Shown: positions 37,217-47,524, counted from the first letter of the stretch. The stretch: DNA of 64,000 nucleotides from an uncultured Candidatus Saccharibacteria bacterium (GCA_964630525.1 CAZVUY010000003.1:48699-112698), one strand, 5' to 3'. The notes: a model not told the origin generated them from the letters alone. Made by a program: numbers and translations.

Positions 37217-38992
37217 ATGGAAATTAGAAACATTGCTATTATCGCTCACGTCGACCACGGCAAAACGACTCTCACTGACTCTATTTTGAAGCAGACCCAT
37301 GCCGTTGAAGAAGGAGTGAGTATGGACTCAAATGCGCTCGAAAAGGAGCGTGGTATTACCATTTATTCCAAAAATGCTTCTATTCAATACAAAAGTACCA
37401 AGATCAATATTGTCGACACTCCAGGGCATGCCGACTTTGGTTCTGAAGTAGAGCGAATCTTGCGATCGATCGACTCGGTTCTTTTGGTAGTCGATGCGCA
37501 AGAAGGGCCAATGCCCCAGACTCGCTTTGTGTTGAAAAAATCTTTGGAAATCGGCCATCGCCCGATCGTGGTTTTAAATAAAATCGATAAACCAGCGGCT
37601 GACCCGAAACGGGCGCATGATGAAATATTCGAATTATTTTTTGACTTGGGAGCGACCGAAGAACAACTCGATTTCACTACAGTCTATGCGATCGGTAAGG
37701 ATGGGGTGGCGATGAAAAATTTGGACGATGAACGGAAAAATATGGAACCACTTTTGGATACTATTTTAGAAAAGGTTACTCCGGCCCCCGACAAGACTGA
37801 AACAGCCCTCAGGGCTCAACCTTTTAATCTGGGTTATGACAACTTTTTGGGTCGCTTGGCGATCGTGAGGGTTTACGAGGGGGTACTCAAAGATGGTCAA
37901 AAAGTTTTTGTGAAGAAATCGGAAGGCAAGATCGAAGAAGGCAAGATCACCAAAATTTTCGTTTTTGAAGGTACCAACCGAAAGGAGGTGGCTGAAGTGA
38001 GAGCAGGGGATATTGCGATTATTGCTGGCCTGCCAAATATTTATATTGGAGACACCGTGACCGACAATCGAGAAGTGGAAAATTTGCCCTCGATCCATGT
38101 CGATGAGCCGACCATCGCTGTCAACTTTTTGGTCAACAATTCGCCTTTTGCTGGTCGGGAAGGCAAGTTTGTGACTAGTCGCCAGATTCGGGACAGATTG
38201 GTCAAAGAGCTTGAGATAAACGTAGGTCTAAAAGTGGACTTCGACGAGGAGGTAATGAAAGTTTATGGTCGTGGCGAGCTACATATCGCTATTTTGCTTG
38301 AAAATATGCGCCGCGAAGGTTTTGAGCTCCAGGTTTCTCAACCGCAGGTGATCATCAAAGAGATCGAGGGGGTGAAATGTGAGCCTTTCGAAGAAGTAAC
38401 CATCGATGTGCCTGAGGAAATGCAGGGGGTGGTGATCGAAAAGTTGGGCAAGCGTGGCGCTATCATGACCAATACTCGACACCACAACAACCATGTGCGA
38501 CTGATTTTCGAAGGACCAACTCGAGGGCTCCTCGGTTACCGCAACCAATTTGTGGTAGACACCAAAGGGGAAGGTATTTTTGCCAGTCGCGTGCTCGGCT
38601 TCAAACCTTATGCTGGTGAAATCCAAAAAAGACCGACCGGCTCGATGACTTCGATGGCTTCTGGCAAGGCGCTTGCTTTCGCGCTCGACAATCTGCAAAC
38701 TCGAGGCACTCTTTATATTGGTCCGACGACCGAAGTGTATGAAGGAATGGTGATCGGCAATACAGCGAAGGGTGATGAACTCGTGGTCAACCCAACCAAA
38801 GGCAAACAACTTACCAACATGCGTGCTTCCGGCTCGGACGACAAGATTTATCTAGCGCCCCCACTCCCAGTTACCATCGAAAGTGGTTTGGAAATAATGG
38901 CTGAGGATGAATATTTGGAAATTACTCCAAAAAGTGTCCGTTTGCGCAAAAAATATCTGACCGAACTCGAGCGCAACAAACATAGGGCATAA
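37217..38992 (+). CDS. typA: Translational GTPase TypA/BipA
   Basis: [18 protein letters not shown]1 motif and an EF-G-like body. An alternative start exists at 37196. Confidence 0.85.
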   Translation: MEIRNIAIIAHVDHGKTTLTDSILKQTHAVEEGVSMDSNALEKERGITIYSKNASIQYKSTKINIVDTPGHADFGSEVERILRSIDSVLLVVDAQEGPMPQTRFVLKKSLEIGHRPIVVLNKIDKPAADPKRAHDEIFELFFDLGATEEQLDFTTVYAIGKDGVAMKNLDDERKNMEPLLDTILEKVTPAPDKTETALRAQPFNLGYDNFLGRLAIVRVYEGVLKDGQKVFVKKSEGKIEEGKITKIFVFEGTNRKEVAEVRAGDIAIIAGLPNIYIGDTVTDNREVENLPSIHVDEPTIAVNFLVNNSPFAGREGKFVTSRQIRDRLVKELEINVGLKVDFDEEVMKVYGRGELHIAILLENMRREGFELQVSQPQVIIKEIEGVKCEPFEEVTIDVPEEMQGVVIEKLGKRGAIMTNTRHHNNHVRLIFEGPTRGLLGYRNQFVVDTKGEGIFASRVLGFKPYAGEIQKRPTGSMTSMASGKALAFALDNLQTRGTLYIGPTTEVYEGMVIGNTAKGDELVVNPTKGKQLTNMRASGSDDKIYLAPPLPVTIESGLEIMAEDEYLEITPKSVRLRKKYLTELERNKHRA

Positions 38993-39086
38993 ATAAACCC
39001 AGACTTGCATTTTTTGCAACAATAATGTAGTATCCTGCCGGGCCTCTTTATGAGGCTTAATTTGATCTTTGAATTTGGAGGATAGT

Positions 39087-39857
39087 ATGCGACAAATCGT
39101 CGCCTTTTTTGTGATTTTCGTTTTTGCTTCCCTGGCTCCGGCCGCGGAGCTGATGCCGGATTTCGCTGGCGTACCTACCGGTTGGGTGACTGACCGGTAT
39201 CAGCCGAATGTTTTCGCCAACGTCGGCAACTTTGCCGGGCGCGACAATGTGCTCGGTATAACCACCACGGCGGACGAGAGTCTCGGTTCCCGTCCGGGGC
39301 CTTTCCAATCCACGTTCTACAACACTCAGGGCATGCAGTACGCCCTGACTGGCGGCGCAGGTGATTCGCTTTCAGCGGATCTCTGGGTGCCAGAAGAGTG
39401 GCGGAGCGAGGCCAATGGCTCGCGGAGGACCGATATGTGGGGGGTGATGACCGACGGCTCGTTGGTGACCGACTACCCAATAATCGGATTCACCAACTAC
39501 GGCGGGACTCCAACGTTTCGGGTGTGGGATGACATTGCTTGGGTGAACTTGAGCGATCCCATCCAGTACGGGTCATGGAACCGACTGAGCTTGCTATTCA
39601 CTGGTGCTTCCTACGAGTACTACGTAAATGGCAATCTTGCTTACACCGATAACACACTCGGTGCTGGAACCACTGGTTTCAGCGCCACGATCATGCAGAT
39701 CTACAATTTGGGCGATCCAGCATTTCCCAACGCGGTGGTCAACGACTATAGCGCCCATTGGGACAACGTAGGAGATGTACCCGAGCCGGCGACGTTGTCG
39801 CTTGCTGGACTGAGTCTGATGGGGCTCGGAATCTGGCATCGACGAAAAAAGGCCTGA
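39087..39857 (+). CDS. PEP-CTERM sorting-domain protein
   Basis: Signal peptide and the C-terminal motif VPEPATLSLAGLSLMGLGIWHRRKKA. GC content far above the flanks. GGAGGA RBS. Confidence 0.7.
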   Translation: MRQIVAFFVIFVFASLAPAAELMPDFAGVPTGWVTDRYQPNVFANVGNFAGRDNVLGITTTADESLGSRPGPFQSTFYNTQGMQYALTGGAGDSLSADLWVPEEWRSEANGSRRTDMWGVMTDGSLVTDYPIIGFTNYGGTPTFRVWDDIAWVNLSDPIQYGSWNRLSLLFTGASYEYYVNGNLAYTDNTLGAGTTGFSATIMQIYNLGDPAFPNAVVNDYSAHWDNVGDVPEPATLSLAGLSLMGLGIWHRRKKA

Positions 39858-39881
39858 GCCTCATCGTTTGTTCATTCCCAA

Positions 39882-39920
39882 AACGCCCGAGACCGTAAGG
39901 TCTCGGGCGTTACCTTTTTT
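39882..39920 (+). terminator. Rho-independent terminator
   Basis: Perfect 13-bp stem AACGCCCGAGACC-GTAA-GGTCTCGGGCGTT followed by a T6 run. Confidence 0.7.
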
Positions 39921-40662
39921 AATTTAATTTTTGTATCAGAGCCTGCACCCCATCCCAGAGACCGTCACCGTCAGTGTCTCTCATTTTCGGATTGGTTTTA
40001 TTGCAAACCTCACCATCTTTAGCACCGAGGCATTCTTCATTGTAATCAGCGATACCGTCTTGGTCGGTATCTTCCGACCAGCGGGTGACTCTAGCTGTTA
40101 ATTCTTCTTCACCGGCCTCACCTCTATTTGTTGCCCCGCCTTGGGTTGGACTAAAACTGAGCATTTTGAGATTGCCGGCCTCGTCTTTGAGGAAAAAGAT
40201 AATGCTGCGAAAGCGGCCGATCAGGTTCATGTCTTTGTTATTTTCGATCCAGAAATCGGTAGCCAGGATTGCTTGCTTTTCGTCTGACCAGAAATGGACA
40301 AAGTCAGATTTTTTGAAAGCGCTACCGTAAGAGTAGGCGGCTCCCATCCGGGCTTCGCAGTCGATCCGAGTCTTTGGATCTTCACAGACCGGAGCGATTT
40401 TGTAGACTACACTTTTGATGCCTGCCAAATTGCGAGTTTTGTTGTATTCCAAATATTTTTGAAATAGATTCCAGGCCGCGTCTTTTGGATCATTCGAGAG
40501 TGGTAGGGACATTTCTGGCACTTCCGGATTTAGTGCTATTTTTTCTAATTGAGGCTCTTCTTTGGTGTTGGTCGGGTCGCCTGGTTGGTAGCGCATGATC
40601 AATACCAAAAGACCGATGATTGCCAAGAAAGAAAAAGTGAAATATATGATTTTGGTTTTCAT
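39919..40662 (-). CDS. Membrane-anchored protein with calcium-binding (thrombospondin type-3-like) repeats
   Basis: N-terminal TM anchor. DTDQDGIADYNE and DTDGDGLWDG motifs. Confidence 0.45.
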   Translation of the reverse strand: MKTKIIYFTFSFLAIIGLLVLIMRYQPGDPTNTKEEPQLEKIALNPEVPEMSLPLSNDPKDAAWNLFQKYLEYNKTRNLAGIKSVVYKIAPVCEDPKTRIDCEARMGAAYSYGSAFKKSDFVHFWSDEKQAILATDFWIENNKDMNLIGRFRSIIFFLKDEAGNLKMLSFSPTQGGATNRGEAGEEELTARVTRWSEDTDQDGIADYNEECLGAKDGEVCNKTNPKMRDTDGDGLWDGVQALIQKLN

Positions 40663-40697
40663 AATGGGGTAGGATAACATAGGTGTATAATATTTTC

Positions 40698-41315
40698 ATG
40701 CAAAACCTAATCAAGACACTCAAGACACCGCAACGGGTACAAGATTTTCTCGACACCATTCCTTTCAATTTTGAAAACAGTAGAGAAACATATTGGTCGC
40801 CAAAGAAGGCATTAGCGAAAAACAAAATGCACTGCTTTGAAGGAGCACTGTTCGCTTGTGCTTGCTTGCATCATCACCTCTTAGTCAACTATTTGCTCGA
40901 TCTCAAAGTGAAAAATTTGCAAAAAGATAGCGATCACACCCTGTGTGTTTTCAAGGTGAATGGTTTTTGGGGAGCGATCAGCAAGACCAACCATGGTGTT
41001 TTGCGTTACCGCGATCCGATCTATCGGACGACCCGGGAGCTGGCGATGTCGTATTTCCATGAATACTTTATAAATTCTGGAGAGAAAACTTTGCACTCTT
41101 TTTCCAAACCTTTCGATATTTGGAAAAAGTTTGGTACTGATTGGGTGGAGAGCGAAGCCGATTTGGATGAGATAGCGCAGGCTCTGGATAGCTCCCCTCA
41201 CGAGCTGTTTGTGCCCAAGACTAATCGAAAGTATGTCCGCCCAGCTGGTAAATTGGAAATAAAAATGGCTTCTTTGCAAGAGTGGAGCAAAAAAGGGAAA
41301 AAAGGTATATTTTAG
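40698..41315 (+). CDS. Hypothetical protein
   Basis: The ORF track starts at a GTG (40683); ATG at 40698 is the likely start. Confidence 0.4.
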   Translation: MQNLIKTLKTPQRVQDFLDTIPFNFENSRETYWSPKKALAKNKMHCFEGALFACACLHHHLLVNYLLDLKVKNLQKDSDHTLCVFKVNGFWGAISKTNHGVLRYRDPIYRTTRELAMSYFHEYFINSGEKTLHSFSKPFDIWKKFGTDWVESEADLDEIAQALDSSPHELFVPKTNRKYVRPAGKLEIKMASLQEWSKKGKKGIF

Positions 41316-41319
41316 CAAT

Positions 41320-41826
41320 ATGAAAAAAGCAATCACTTGGATAGTTTGGCTGCTGGTACTTATCGGCCTTGTTTATCTTTATCGTATTTCGACCAAGGTA
41401 GAATTGCCAGTGGTAGGAACTAATGGCGAAGTGAAGGGGGAATACGCGATCAGCAATATCATGGCTTTGGGCAAACCCTATCGTTGTACTTTTGAAAAGA
41501 AAGACGAAACCTCGATGATCCAAGGCGTACTTACCACCGATGCGCTCAATATTTACGGTGAATTTAAAATCAATACTGAAATTTTGGAGGAGAGCTTCAG
41601 AACTTTCCTTCTGGTCAGGGGCAAAGAATCATACATTTGGACTTCGCTGCAAAATGTAGGTTTCAAGTCGAGAGTGACAAATTCTGCGACCAAAAATGCT
41701 TCACCGGAAGAGCAGGCTCAGATCGTCGGCCTCAAAGACAAGTTGGAACTTAGCTGCTCACCACTCGCTGAGATCGACCCTTCTACTTTCGAAGTGCCAT
41801 CCTCGATAGAATTCGTAAGTCGCTAA
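41320..41826 (+). CDS. Secreted hypothetical protein
   Basis: TM/signal start. Confidence 0.4.
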   Translation: MKKAITWIVWLLVLIGLVYLYRISTKVELPVVGTNGEVKGEYAISNIMALGKPYRCTFEKKDETSMIQGVLTTDALNIYGEFKINTEILEESFRTFLLVRGKESYIWTSLQNVGFKSRVTNSATKNASPEEQAQIVGLKDKLELSCSPLAEIDPSTFEVPSSIEFVSR

Positions 41827-41905
41827 TCCACAGCCCCACTTTTTGACTTTTTAAGTCAAGGAGTGTATTGTTTTTATTAGTAGTTATTTCTTCTCAAGGA
41901 GATTT

Positions 41906-42169
41906 TTGATGCGCTTGTCTATGGAGGAAGTGAGGAAGATGTTAGAAGGTGGTAGCCCCATCCTTCTTTCGGAAGGAATTCATCCGAAAGTGGTTGAGCA
42001 GGCTGTCCGGCATACCTACAATGTGCCGGATCATATTGGATTGAAGTTTCTTCCAAAATTTGGAGGAGGTATGCCGCCCAAGAATGCGATCATATCGGAA
42101 ATCCCGATTGTTTCGATGGCAGAAATGGATCCCAAGAAGATCCCTGTTACATTCAGACAGATGCAGTAA
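41906..42169 (+). CDS. Hypothetical protein (87 aa)
   Basis: ORF. Confidence 0.3.
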   Translation: MMRLSMEEVRKMLEGGSPILLSEGIHPKVVEQAVRHTYNVPDHIGLKFLPKFGGGMPPKNAIISEIPIVSMAEMDPKKIPVTFRQMQ

Positions 42170-42321
42170 TATTCCGGCCGGCGCGTCTGACGCGCCGGCC
42201 ACTTTCATGCCCAAAAGTTATCCCCAACTCCACTACCTCTTGCAAGTTTTAAATAATAGGTGTATAAAATGTGAGGAGGACCTTCCGTTGACGAGGAGGT
42301 CAATCTAGAAGGAGATTTTTT

Positions 42322-42507
42322 ATGGTGAGTCCAGGGTTTGGGTATAATAATACCCCGAGAAGACAACTGCGTCAGGCAGCAAAGGAGGAAGCGGTAATTT
42401 GTTCCTGCTGCTTCAAAAACTCGTTGGCTCATGCCAACAGGTTTGGGACTTGTCGCGGTTGCCGGCAAGTTCTCAAAGGATACGAGAAGGTGGCCAAGGT
42501 TCAGTAG
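42322..42507 (+). CDS. Small Cys-rich protein (61 aa)
   Basis: CSCC...CRGC motifs. Confidence 0.3.
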   Translation: MVSPGFGYNNTPRRQLRQAAKEEAVICSCCFKNSLAHANRFGTCRGCRQVLKGYEKVAKVQ

Positions 42508-42606
42508 TCCTAGGGAGGGGCTTCGAGGTGTTTACCCCGGAGTGCTAGGCCCCGCACACGTTGTTGATGCGGGGCTTAATCGTGCCAACCACTTTTTGAT
42601 GCTATA

Positions 42607-43617
42607 ATGCGAGGGATGATCGAAAAGTTTAAAGACACCAAATACATATTTTTTGTTGGTATTGGTGGGTCGGACCTGGCATCCAAAGCAGTTTGGGAAG
42701 CGATAACTCTCCACAAACCAGAGACAGGCAAAAAAGTTTTTTTCTTGGAATCGCCGGATTCGCGCGAATATGAAGAAGTTAGTTATTTTGTAAACGAGGT
42801 GGCGGCCGATCTCAGCGAGGTGGTGCTTTTGGTGGTCAGCAAATCCGGACGGACGACTGAAACCATCGAAGCTTATCAAAAAACTTTCGATATACTTTCT
42901 GAAAAATTTGGCGGTCCGATCAGCGAACAGACTGTTGTCATCTCTACTCCGGGTTCGCCCCTTTGGCAGATGGCCGAATCGAAAGGGTTTTCTCTCATTG
43001 CCTGGGAAGGGGAGGTGGGCGGCCGGTTCAGCGCTTTTACAGTAGCGCATACTGCTTTTTTGAAGATGGTTGACCTCGATGTGGAATCTTTCCTCTCTGG
43101 TAAGGCTGATATGGATAAACGTTGTGAGAGCGAAGACAGTCCCGCCAAGATTTTGGCTCAAAATATTTTTGATAATTACAAAAAAGGTCTTGAGATCCTT
43201 GATTTCTTTTTCTTCAATTCCGAACTTGAAAGTTTGGGCAAGTGGTGCCGGCAGCTGATCGCCGAGAGTCTTTCGGTTTTGACACCAACTATTTCGTTGG
43301 GTCCGACCGATCTCCACTCGATGCTCGAACTCTATTTGGGCGGACCAAAAGATCGCTTTACTCTTTTTGTTCGATCAATTGAGGAGATAAGGGGAGGTGT
43401 CAACGAAAAGGCTTATGGAGATGTGGCGCTCGCTTATGAGAAAGCCTCGCTACCTTTTGAAAAGTATGAAATGGAGAAGATCGACGAATACAATATCGGT
43501 GCTTTTATGGCGTTTATGATTGCGACAACACTCGAGCTCGCAGAGCTGCTCGGAGTCGACCCTTATGATCAGCCAGCGGTGGAGGAGTATAAAAAACATT
43601 TAACTGATAACCAGTAA
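42607..43617 (+). CDS. pgi: Glucose-6-phosphate isomerase (short SIS-type)
   Basis: FVGIGGSDLASKA and VSKSGRTTET. Confidence 0.75.
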   Translation: MRGMIEKFKDTKYIFFVGIGGSDLASKAVWEAITLHKPETGKKVFFLESPDSREYEEVSYFVNEVAADLSEVVLLVVSKSGRTTETIEAYQKTFDILSEKFGGPISEQTVVISTPGSPLWQMAESKGFSLIAWEGEVGGRFSAFTVAHTAFLKMVDLDVESFLSGKADMDKRCESEDSPAKILAQNIFDNYKKGLEILDFFFFNSELESLGKWCRQLIAESLSVLTPTISLGPTDLHSMLELYLGGPKDRFTLFVRSIEEIRGGVNEKAYGDVALAYEKASLPFEKYEMEKIDEYNIGAFMAFMIATTLELAELLGVDPYDQPAVEEYKKHLTDNQ

Positions 43618-43627
43618 TCACAATTTT

Positions 43628-44407
43628 ATGGGCTTTATATTATTCGACATAGGAGGAACCAAAATAAGGATGGCATATTCAGACGATGGCGAGAGTTTTG
43701 AAGAACCGAGAGTGATTGAGACACCCAAAAATTATGAAGAAGGTAAAAAAATTTTTGTAGAGCTTGCAAAAGATTTGACCAAAGGTAGGGAGGCAAAAAA
43801 ATTTGTAGGTGGTATGAGTAGGAGCGTTGCTGGCTGGGGTTATGGTTGGTTTAAGTCAGATTTGGAGAACCTGGTACAGGCAGAAATCTATCTTGAAAAC
43901 GATGCCGCCATGGTTGGGCTTGGTGAAGCGGTTTATGGCGCTGGCAGAGGTTTTGATATTGTGGCATATGTTACAGTTTCTACCGGAGTGGGCGGTGCGC
44001 GGATTGTTGGTGGTAAAATCGACGAGAAGGCAGTGGGCTTTGAGCCAGGTAAGCAGATAATCGATATCGATGCGGGTGACAGACTTGAAGATTTGATATC
44101 TGGCAAGGCTCTAGAAGAAAAGACCGGTAAGTCTCCAAAGGAAATAACTGATCCGAAAGTGTGGAATGAGCATGCCTACTTCCTCGCGGTGGGACTCAAC
44201 AATGTTATCGTTGGCTGGTCGCCAAACGTGGTGGTGCTAGGTGGCTCCATGATAACCGGCGATCCAGCTATTCCTCTCGACAAAACCGAAGAATATCTTA
44301 AAGGTTTGTTGAAAATTTTCCCAGAATTGCCGGCGATCAAAAAAGCAAAGCTTGGCGACTTTGGCGGGCTCTGGGGCGCACTGACATACCTAAAAGCTAA
44401 AAATTAA
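43628..44407 (+). CDS. ROK-family sugar kinase (glucokinase-like)
   Basis: DIGGTKIR N-terminus and a Gly-rich ROK core. Adjacent to pgi. Confidence 0.7.
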   Translation: MGFILFDIGGTKIRMAYSDDGESFEEPRVIETPKNYEEGKKIFVELAKDLTKGREAKKFVGGMSRSVAGWGYGWFKSDLENLVQAEIYLENDAAMVGLGEAVYGAGRGFDIVAYVTVSTGVGGARIVGGKIDEKAVGFEPGKQIIDIDAGDRLEDLISGKALEEKTGKSPKEITDPKVWNEHAYFLAVGLNNVIVGWSPNVVVLGGSMITGDPAIPLDKTEEYLKGLLKIFPELPAIKKAKLGDFGGLWGALTYLKAKN

Positions 44408-44433
44408 AAGCATAAAGTTAAAAGTTTATAAAC

Positions 44434-44661
44434 ATGGGAATCAAAGATTTTTTTGTTCGAAAGATGGTGGAGGCCAAACTGAAGGATGTGCCGAAGGAAC
44501 AACAGGAGCAAATGCTTAAACTGATCGAACAAAATCCGGAGCTGTTTCAAAAGATCGCTCTTGAAATTCAAGCTGAAATGAAAAATGGCAAAGAGGAGAT
44601 GGTGGCGGCGATGTCAGTGATGGCAAAATACAAAGATGATTTACAAAAGTTAATGAAATAA
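44434..44661 (+). CDS. Hypothetical helical protein (75 aa)
   Basis: ORF. Confidence 0.35.
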   Translation: MGIKDFFVRKMVEAKLKDVPKEQQEQMLKLIEQNPELFQKIALEIQAEMKNGKEEMVAAMSVMAKYKDDLQKLMK

Positions 44662-44666
44662 TCGCT

Positions 44667-45239
44667 ATGAAGAAAATCTGCATCATTATCGGTCACCCGG
44701 ACACCATAAGCTTCAACCACCAATTGGCCGAATCTTACGCAGAGGGGGCGAGAGAAAAAGGTCATGAAGTGAGGGTTACCAACTTGGGCGATCTATCTTT
44801 TGATCCAGTGCTGCACCACGGTTATCGCGAAATTCAGGAGTTGGAGCCAGACCTGAAAAAGATCCAGGAGGATATAAAATGGTGTGAGCACCTAGTGATC
44901 ATCTACCCATCTTGGTGGTCGACGATGCCGGCTATCCTGAAAGGTATGTTTGATCGTATTTGGTTGCCGGGTTTTGCTTTTCATTTCCACCCAAACGGTT
45001 TGTGGTGGGACGGTTTGCTCAAAGGTCGCACCGCGAGAGTCTTTGTGACTTCCGATGCTCCACCCATCTTCACTCGCATTATCTTTGGTGATACGACCAA
45101 TGAAATCCGCAAAGGTATTTTGTGGTTTGCTGGCCTCTCTGTCTCAGTCAAAAAGATTGGCCCTCTCAAAAGAATTTCAGAAGAGAAGAAGCAAAAGTGG
45201 CTCAACAAGCTCAAAAAGTGGGGGAGCAAGGTTTACTGA
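44667..45239 (+). CDS. Flavodoxin-like NAD(P)H dehydrogenase (quinone) family protein
   Basis: KKICIIIGHP N-terminus and the HLVIIYPSWW pattern. Confidence 0.65.
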   Translation: MKKICIIIGHPDTISFNHQLAESYAEGAREKGHEVRVTNLGDLSFDPVLHHGYREIQELEPDLKKIQEDIKWCEHLVIIYPSWWSTMPAILKGMFDRIWLPGFAFHFHPNGLWWDGLLKGRTARVFVTSDAPPIFTRIIFGDTTNEIRKGILWFAGLSVSVKKIGPLKRISEEKKQKWLNKLKKWGSKVY

Positions 45240-45251
45240 TACCTATAATTT

Positions 45252-45779
45252 TTAAGCAATATTTTTAAGGAGAGCACCGACGAAATAAGCAACTAAAGCG
45301 GCGATAGTGCCGATGGTACATGTTTGCAACGCAGTTTTCCAGCTTGGAGTGTGAGATACTTTGCCTCTAATCAAACCGATTATGAAAAACGTGATAAGAG
45401 TTAGTATTGAAGCGATGAGGAATTCATCTTTAATTGTTTCCGGTGAAAAATAGCTTATGACGTAAGCAACGAGGGGAATCGAACCGACAGTGATAAAAGA
45501 GAAAAAGGTGGCCAGGGCTGTTTTCCAGGGTTTGGTATGTGAATGTCCGCTTTCGTGCTTGGTTTGGTCTTGGTGCGATTCTTCGGAGAGATAATTTGAA
45601 GAGGCCATAGAAAAGCCGTCGGCGAGTACATTCGAAAAGCCCAAAATTAAAACAATGCCCGAGTCTAGTCTGGCTCCGGCGATACCAGCAATAATAGCGA
45701 AGGTGGTCACGGCGCCATCGATCGAACCGTAAACAAACTCCGGCAAATATTTCCAAAATTTTTTCTTCAATCGTTCCAT
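45252..45779 (-). CDS. VIT1/CCC1-family membrane protein
   Basis: GSIDGAVTTFAIIAG motif. Confidence 0.7.
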   Translation of the reverse strand: MERLKKKFWKYLPEFVYGSIDGAVTTFAIIAGIAGARLDSGIVLILGFSNVLADGFSMASSNYLSEESHQDQTKHESGHSHTKPWKTALATFFSFITVGSIPLVAYVISYFSPETIKDEFLIASILTLITFFIIGLIRGKVSHTPSWKTALQTCTIGTIAALVAYFVGALLKNIA

Positions 45780-46108
45780 TTACGAAATAATAACACAAAA
45801 CCCGAGGAGCAAAAGCTCAACTCGGGTGTTTTGTTTATCGCGGGACGAGCTGGTTTAGATCAAAGCCAGCTTCGAGATTTCTGCTTGTATTACTCATCAC
45901 TGCGTTTGCGGTGTTGAGTGTGTTGACAAGCAGGTCTTCTCCGGCGACAAACACTTCGGACATAAGGAACTTGAGGATTATTATCGTTAACCCAAGTCCC
46001 AAAGCTTTTCTAATCATCCGATTAAAATTGCGGGGGCTAAATGTAGTGGCCCGGACCCCAAAATTTGCACACTGATCTTGTATAATTAGTCACCTAATAT
46101 ACAAGTAT

Positions 46109-46363
46109 ATGAAAAAGCATCGCATCGCTCCCGAAGTTAAGGAGCAAATCATTAATCGCATCAAGAACGATGGTTTAACTGTCGTTCAGGCTGCCAAAGA
46201 TCACGGAGTGGCCGAGGGCACCATCTATACTTGGATCGCCAGGAAAACGGACGAGAATGTATCTCTATCAGACTTTCTCAAGATTAAAAGAGAAAATGAT
46301 CAGCTCAAGATGCTTCTGGGCGAGATCACCCTCAAGCTGTCCGAAACCCAAAAAAAGAAGTGA
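46109..46363 (+). CDS. IS3 transposase OrfA (HTH)
   Basis: HTH LTVVQAAKDHGVAEGTIYTW and a leucine-zipper-like tail. Confidence 0.8.
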   Translation: MKKHRIAPEVKEQIINRIKNDGLTVVQAAKDHGVAEGTIYTWIARKTDENVSLSDFLKIKRENDQLKMLLGEITLKLSETQKKK

Positions 46364-47184
46364 GGGAAACCAGCCTGACCACCAAAGCTCTTCGGGCCCG
46401 AGAGTTAGGTGTGTCACTGCGTAGTCTGTACTACAGACCAAAGAAACCGGACAAAGATTGGCTTCTGAAGTGTCAGATTGAATCTGTTCTGCGAGAACAT
46501 CCATCATATGGATCGAGGAGAATATCAATCCATCTGAATATGAATCGCAAACCGGTGAAGCGAGTGATGAACCTTTTTGGCATCAAAGCATACAGACGTA
46601 GAGGCAGAAAATGGAAGAAAACCAAGAATATCAGGGTGATATATCCAAACCTGCTCCTGACAGAATATCCAGCATATCCTAACCATATCTGGACAGCAGA
46701 TTTCACTCACTTAAATTTTCAAGGAAAAATCATATACATCGCCACCGTGATGGATTTGTTCACCAGGCGGATTGTCGGCGTAGCGGTGTATACGAATCAC
46801 GCTGTTCAGTTGGTATTAGCTGCTCTAATGAACGCAATATTGACCAACCAAAGGCCGGAGATATTCCACTCCGACAACGGCAGTGAATACAACGCGGATG
46901 TATTCATCGAGGCTCTAACAAATATCGGAACAATGATTTCCAGATCTGCTCCAGGTTGTCCGTGGGAGAATGGCTACCAAGAGAGCTTCCACTCACAGTT
47001 TAAGGTGGACTTTGGTGATCCTGCTAGATTCAAAAGTCTCGGTGAGTTGGTCTACGAAATATATCAGACGATCTACCGCTACAATCACATGAGGATTCAT
47101 TCAGCTCTCAAGATGCCGCCACAGAAATTTGCAGATTTAGCGGCAGCAGAATACAATTTAGAATACAAGATTCGTGTGCAATGA
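46360..47184 (+). CDS. IS3 transposase OrfB (DDE integrase core)
   Basis: DDE triad at WTADFTH, HSDNGSEY and ENGYQESFH. Probably expressed as an OrfAB fusion by a -1 frameshift. Confidence 0.8.
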   Translation: MRETSLTTKALRARELGVSLRSLYYRPKKPDKDWLLKCQIESVLREHPSYGSRRISIHLNMNRKPVKRVMNLFGIKAYRRRGRKWKKTKNIRVIYPNLLLTEYPAYPNHIWTADFTHLNFQGKIIYIATVMDLFTRRIVGVAVYTNHAVQLVLAALMNAILTNQRPEIFHSDNGSEYNADVFIEALTNIGTMISRSAPGCPWENGYQESFHSQFKVDFGDPARFKSLGELVYEIYQTIYRYNHMRIHSALKMPPQKFADLAAAEYNLEYKIRVQ

Positions 47185-47488
47185 ATGGGGTCCAGTACAG
47201 GTCGACATAAAAGCAAAGAGCCCCAAGTCTTTCAACTTGGGACCCCGCAGTTGATGTCATTTGGCACTACTGCCAAACGTGGACTCATTCTATACCAAGT
47301 TAGATGAAAAATCAATGATATTCACAGCTTTACATTTAAATCCCAAAATATGGCTTCAGAACTAAGCATCGGCATAGTCTAGATACTACACGTAACTATT
47401 TTGGCCAACAGAAAGGTATTCCATTTGAATTTGTTGTAAAACTTCCTCCTCGCCGCAAGCTATTTGGTAATCCGTAATCTGGCATTCT

Positions 47489-47524
47489 AATTAAAATAAA
47501 AAGCCCCCAGTTTCCTAGGGGCTT
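47489..47524 (-). terminator. Rho-independent terminator
   Basis: AAGCCCC...GGGGCTT stem with a T-rich run on the minus strand. Confidence 0.45.

Larger units (their letters stand above)
46042..47199 (+). mobile_element. IS3-family insertion sequence (orfA/orfB, -1 frameshift)
   Basis: Candidate imperfect terminal inverted repeats TGTAGTGG...GACCCCA (left) and TGGGGTCCAGTACA (right), giving TG...CA ends. A_AAA_AAG slippery heptamer at 46351-46357. orfB lies in the -1 frame. Confidence 0.6.

Noticed and set aside
38279-38809. 176-aa minus-strand ORF
   Set aside because: Antisense inside typA/bipA.
42532-43317. 261-aa minus-strand ORF
   Set aside because: It lies fully antisense to the well-supported pgi gene (SIS motifs on the + strand). 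Treated as a spurious antisense ORF.
45835-46017. 60-aa minus-strand ORF next to the IS3 element
   Set aside because: No RBS or motif support. It may be noise in the region flanking the IS.
46042-47199. Direct target-site duplications flanking the IS3 element
   Set aside because: The flanking triplets do not match, so the exact IS ends remain approximate.
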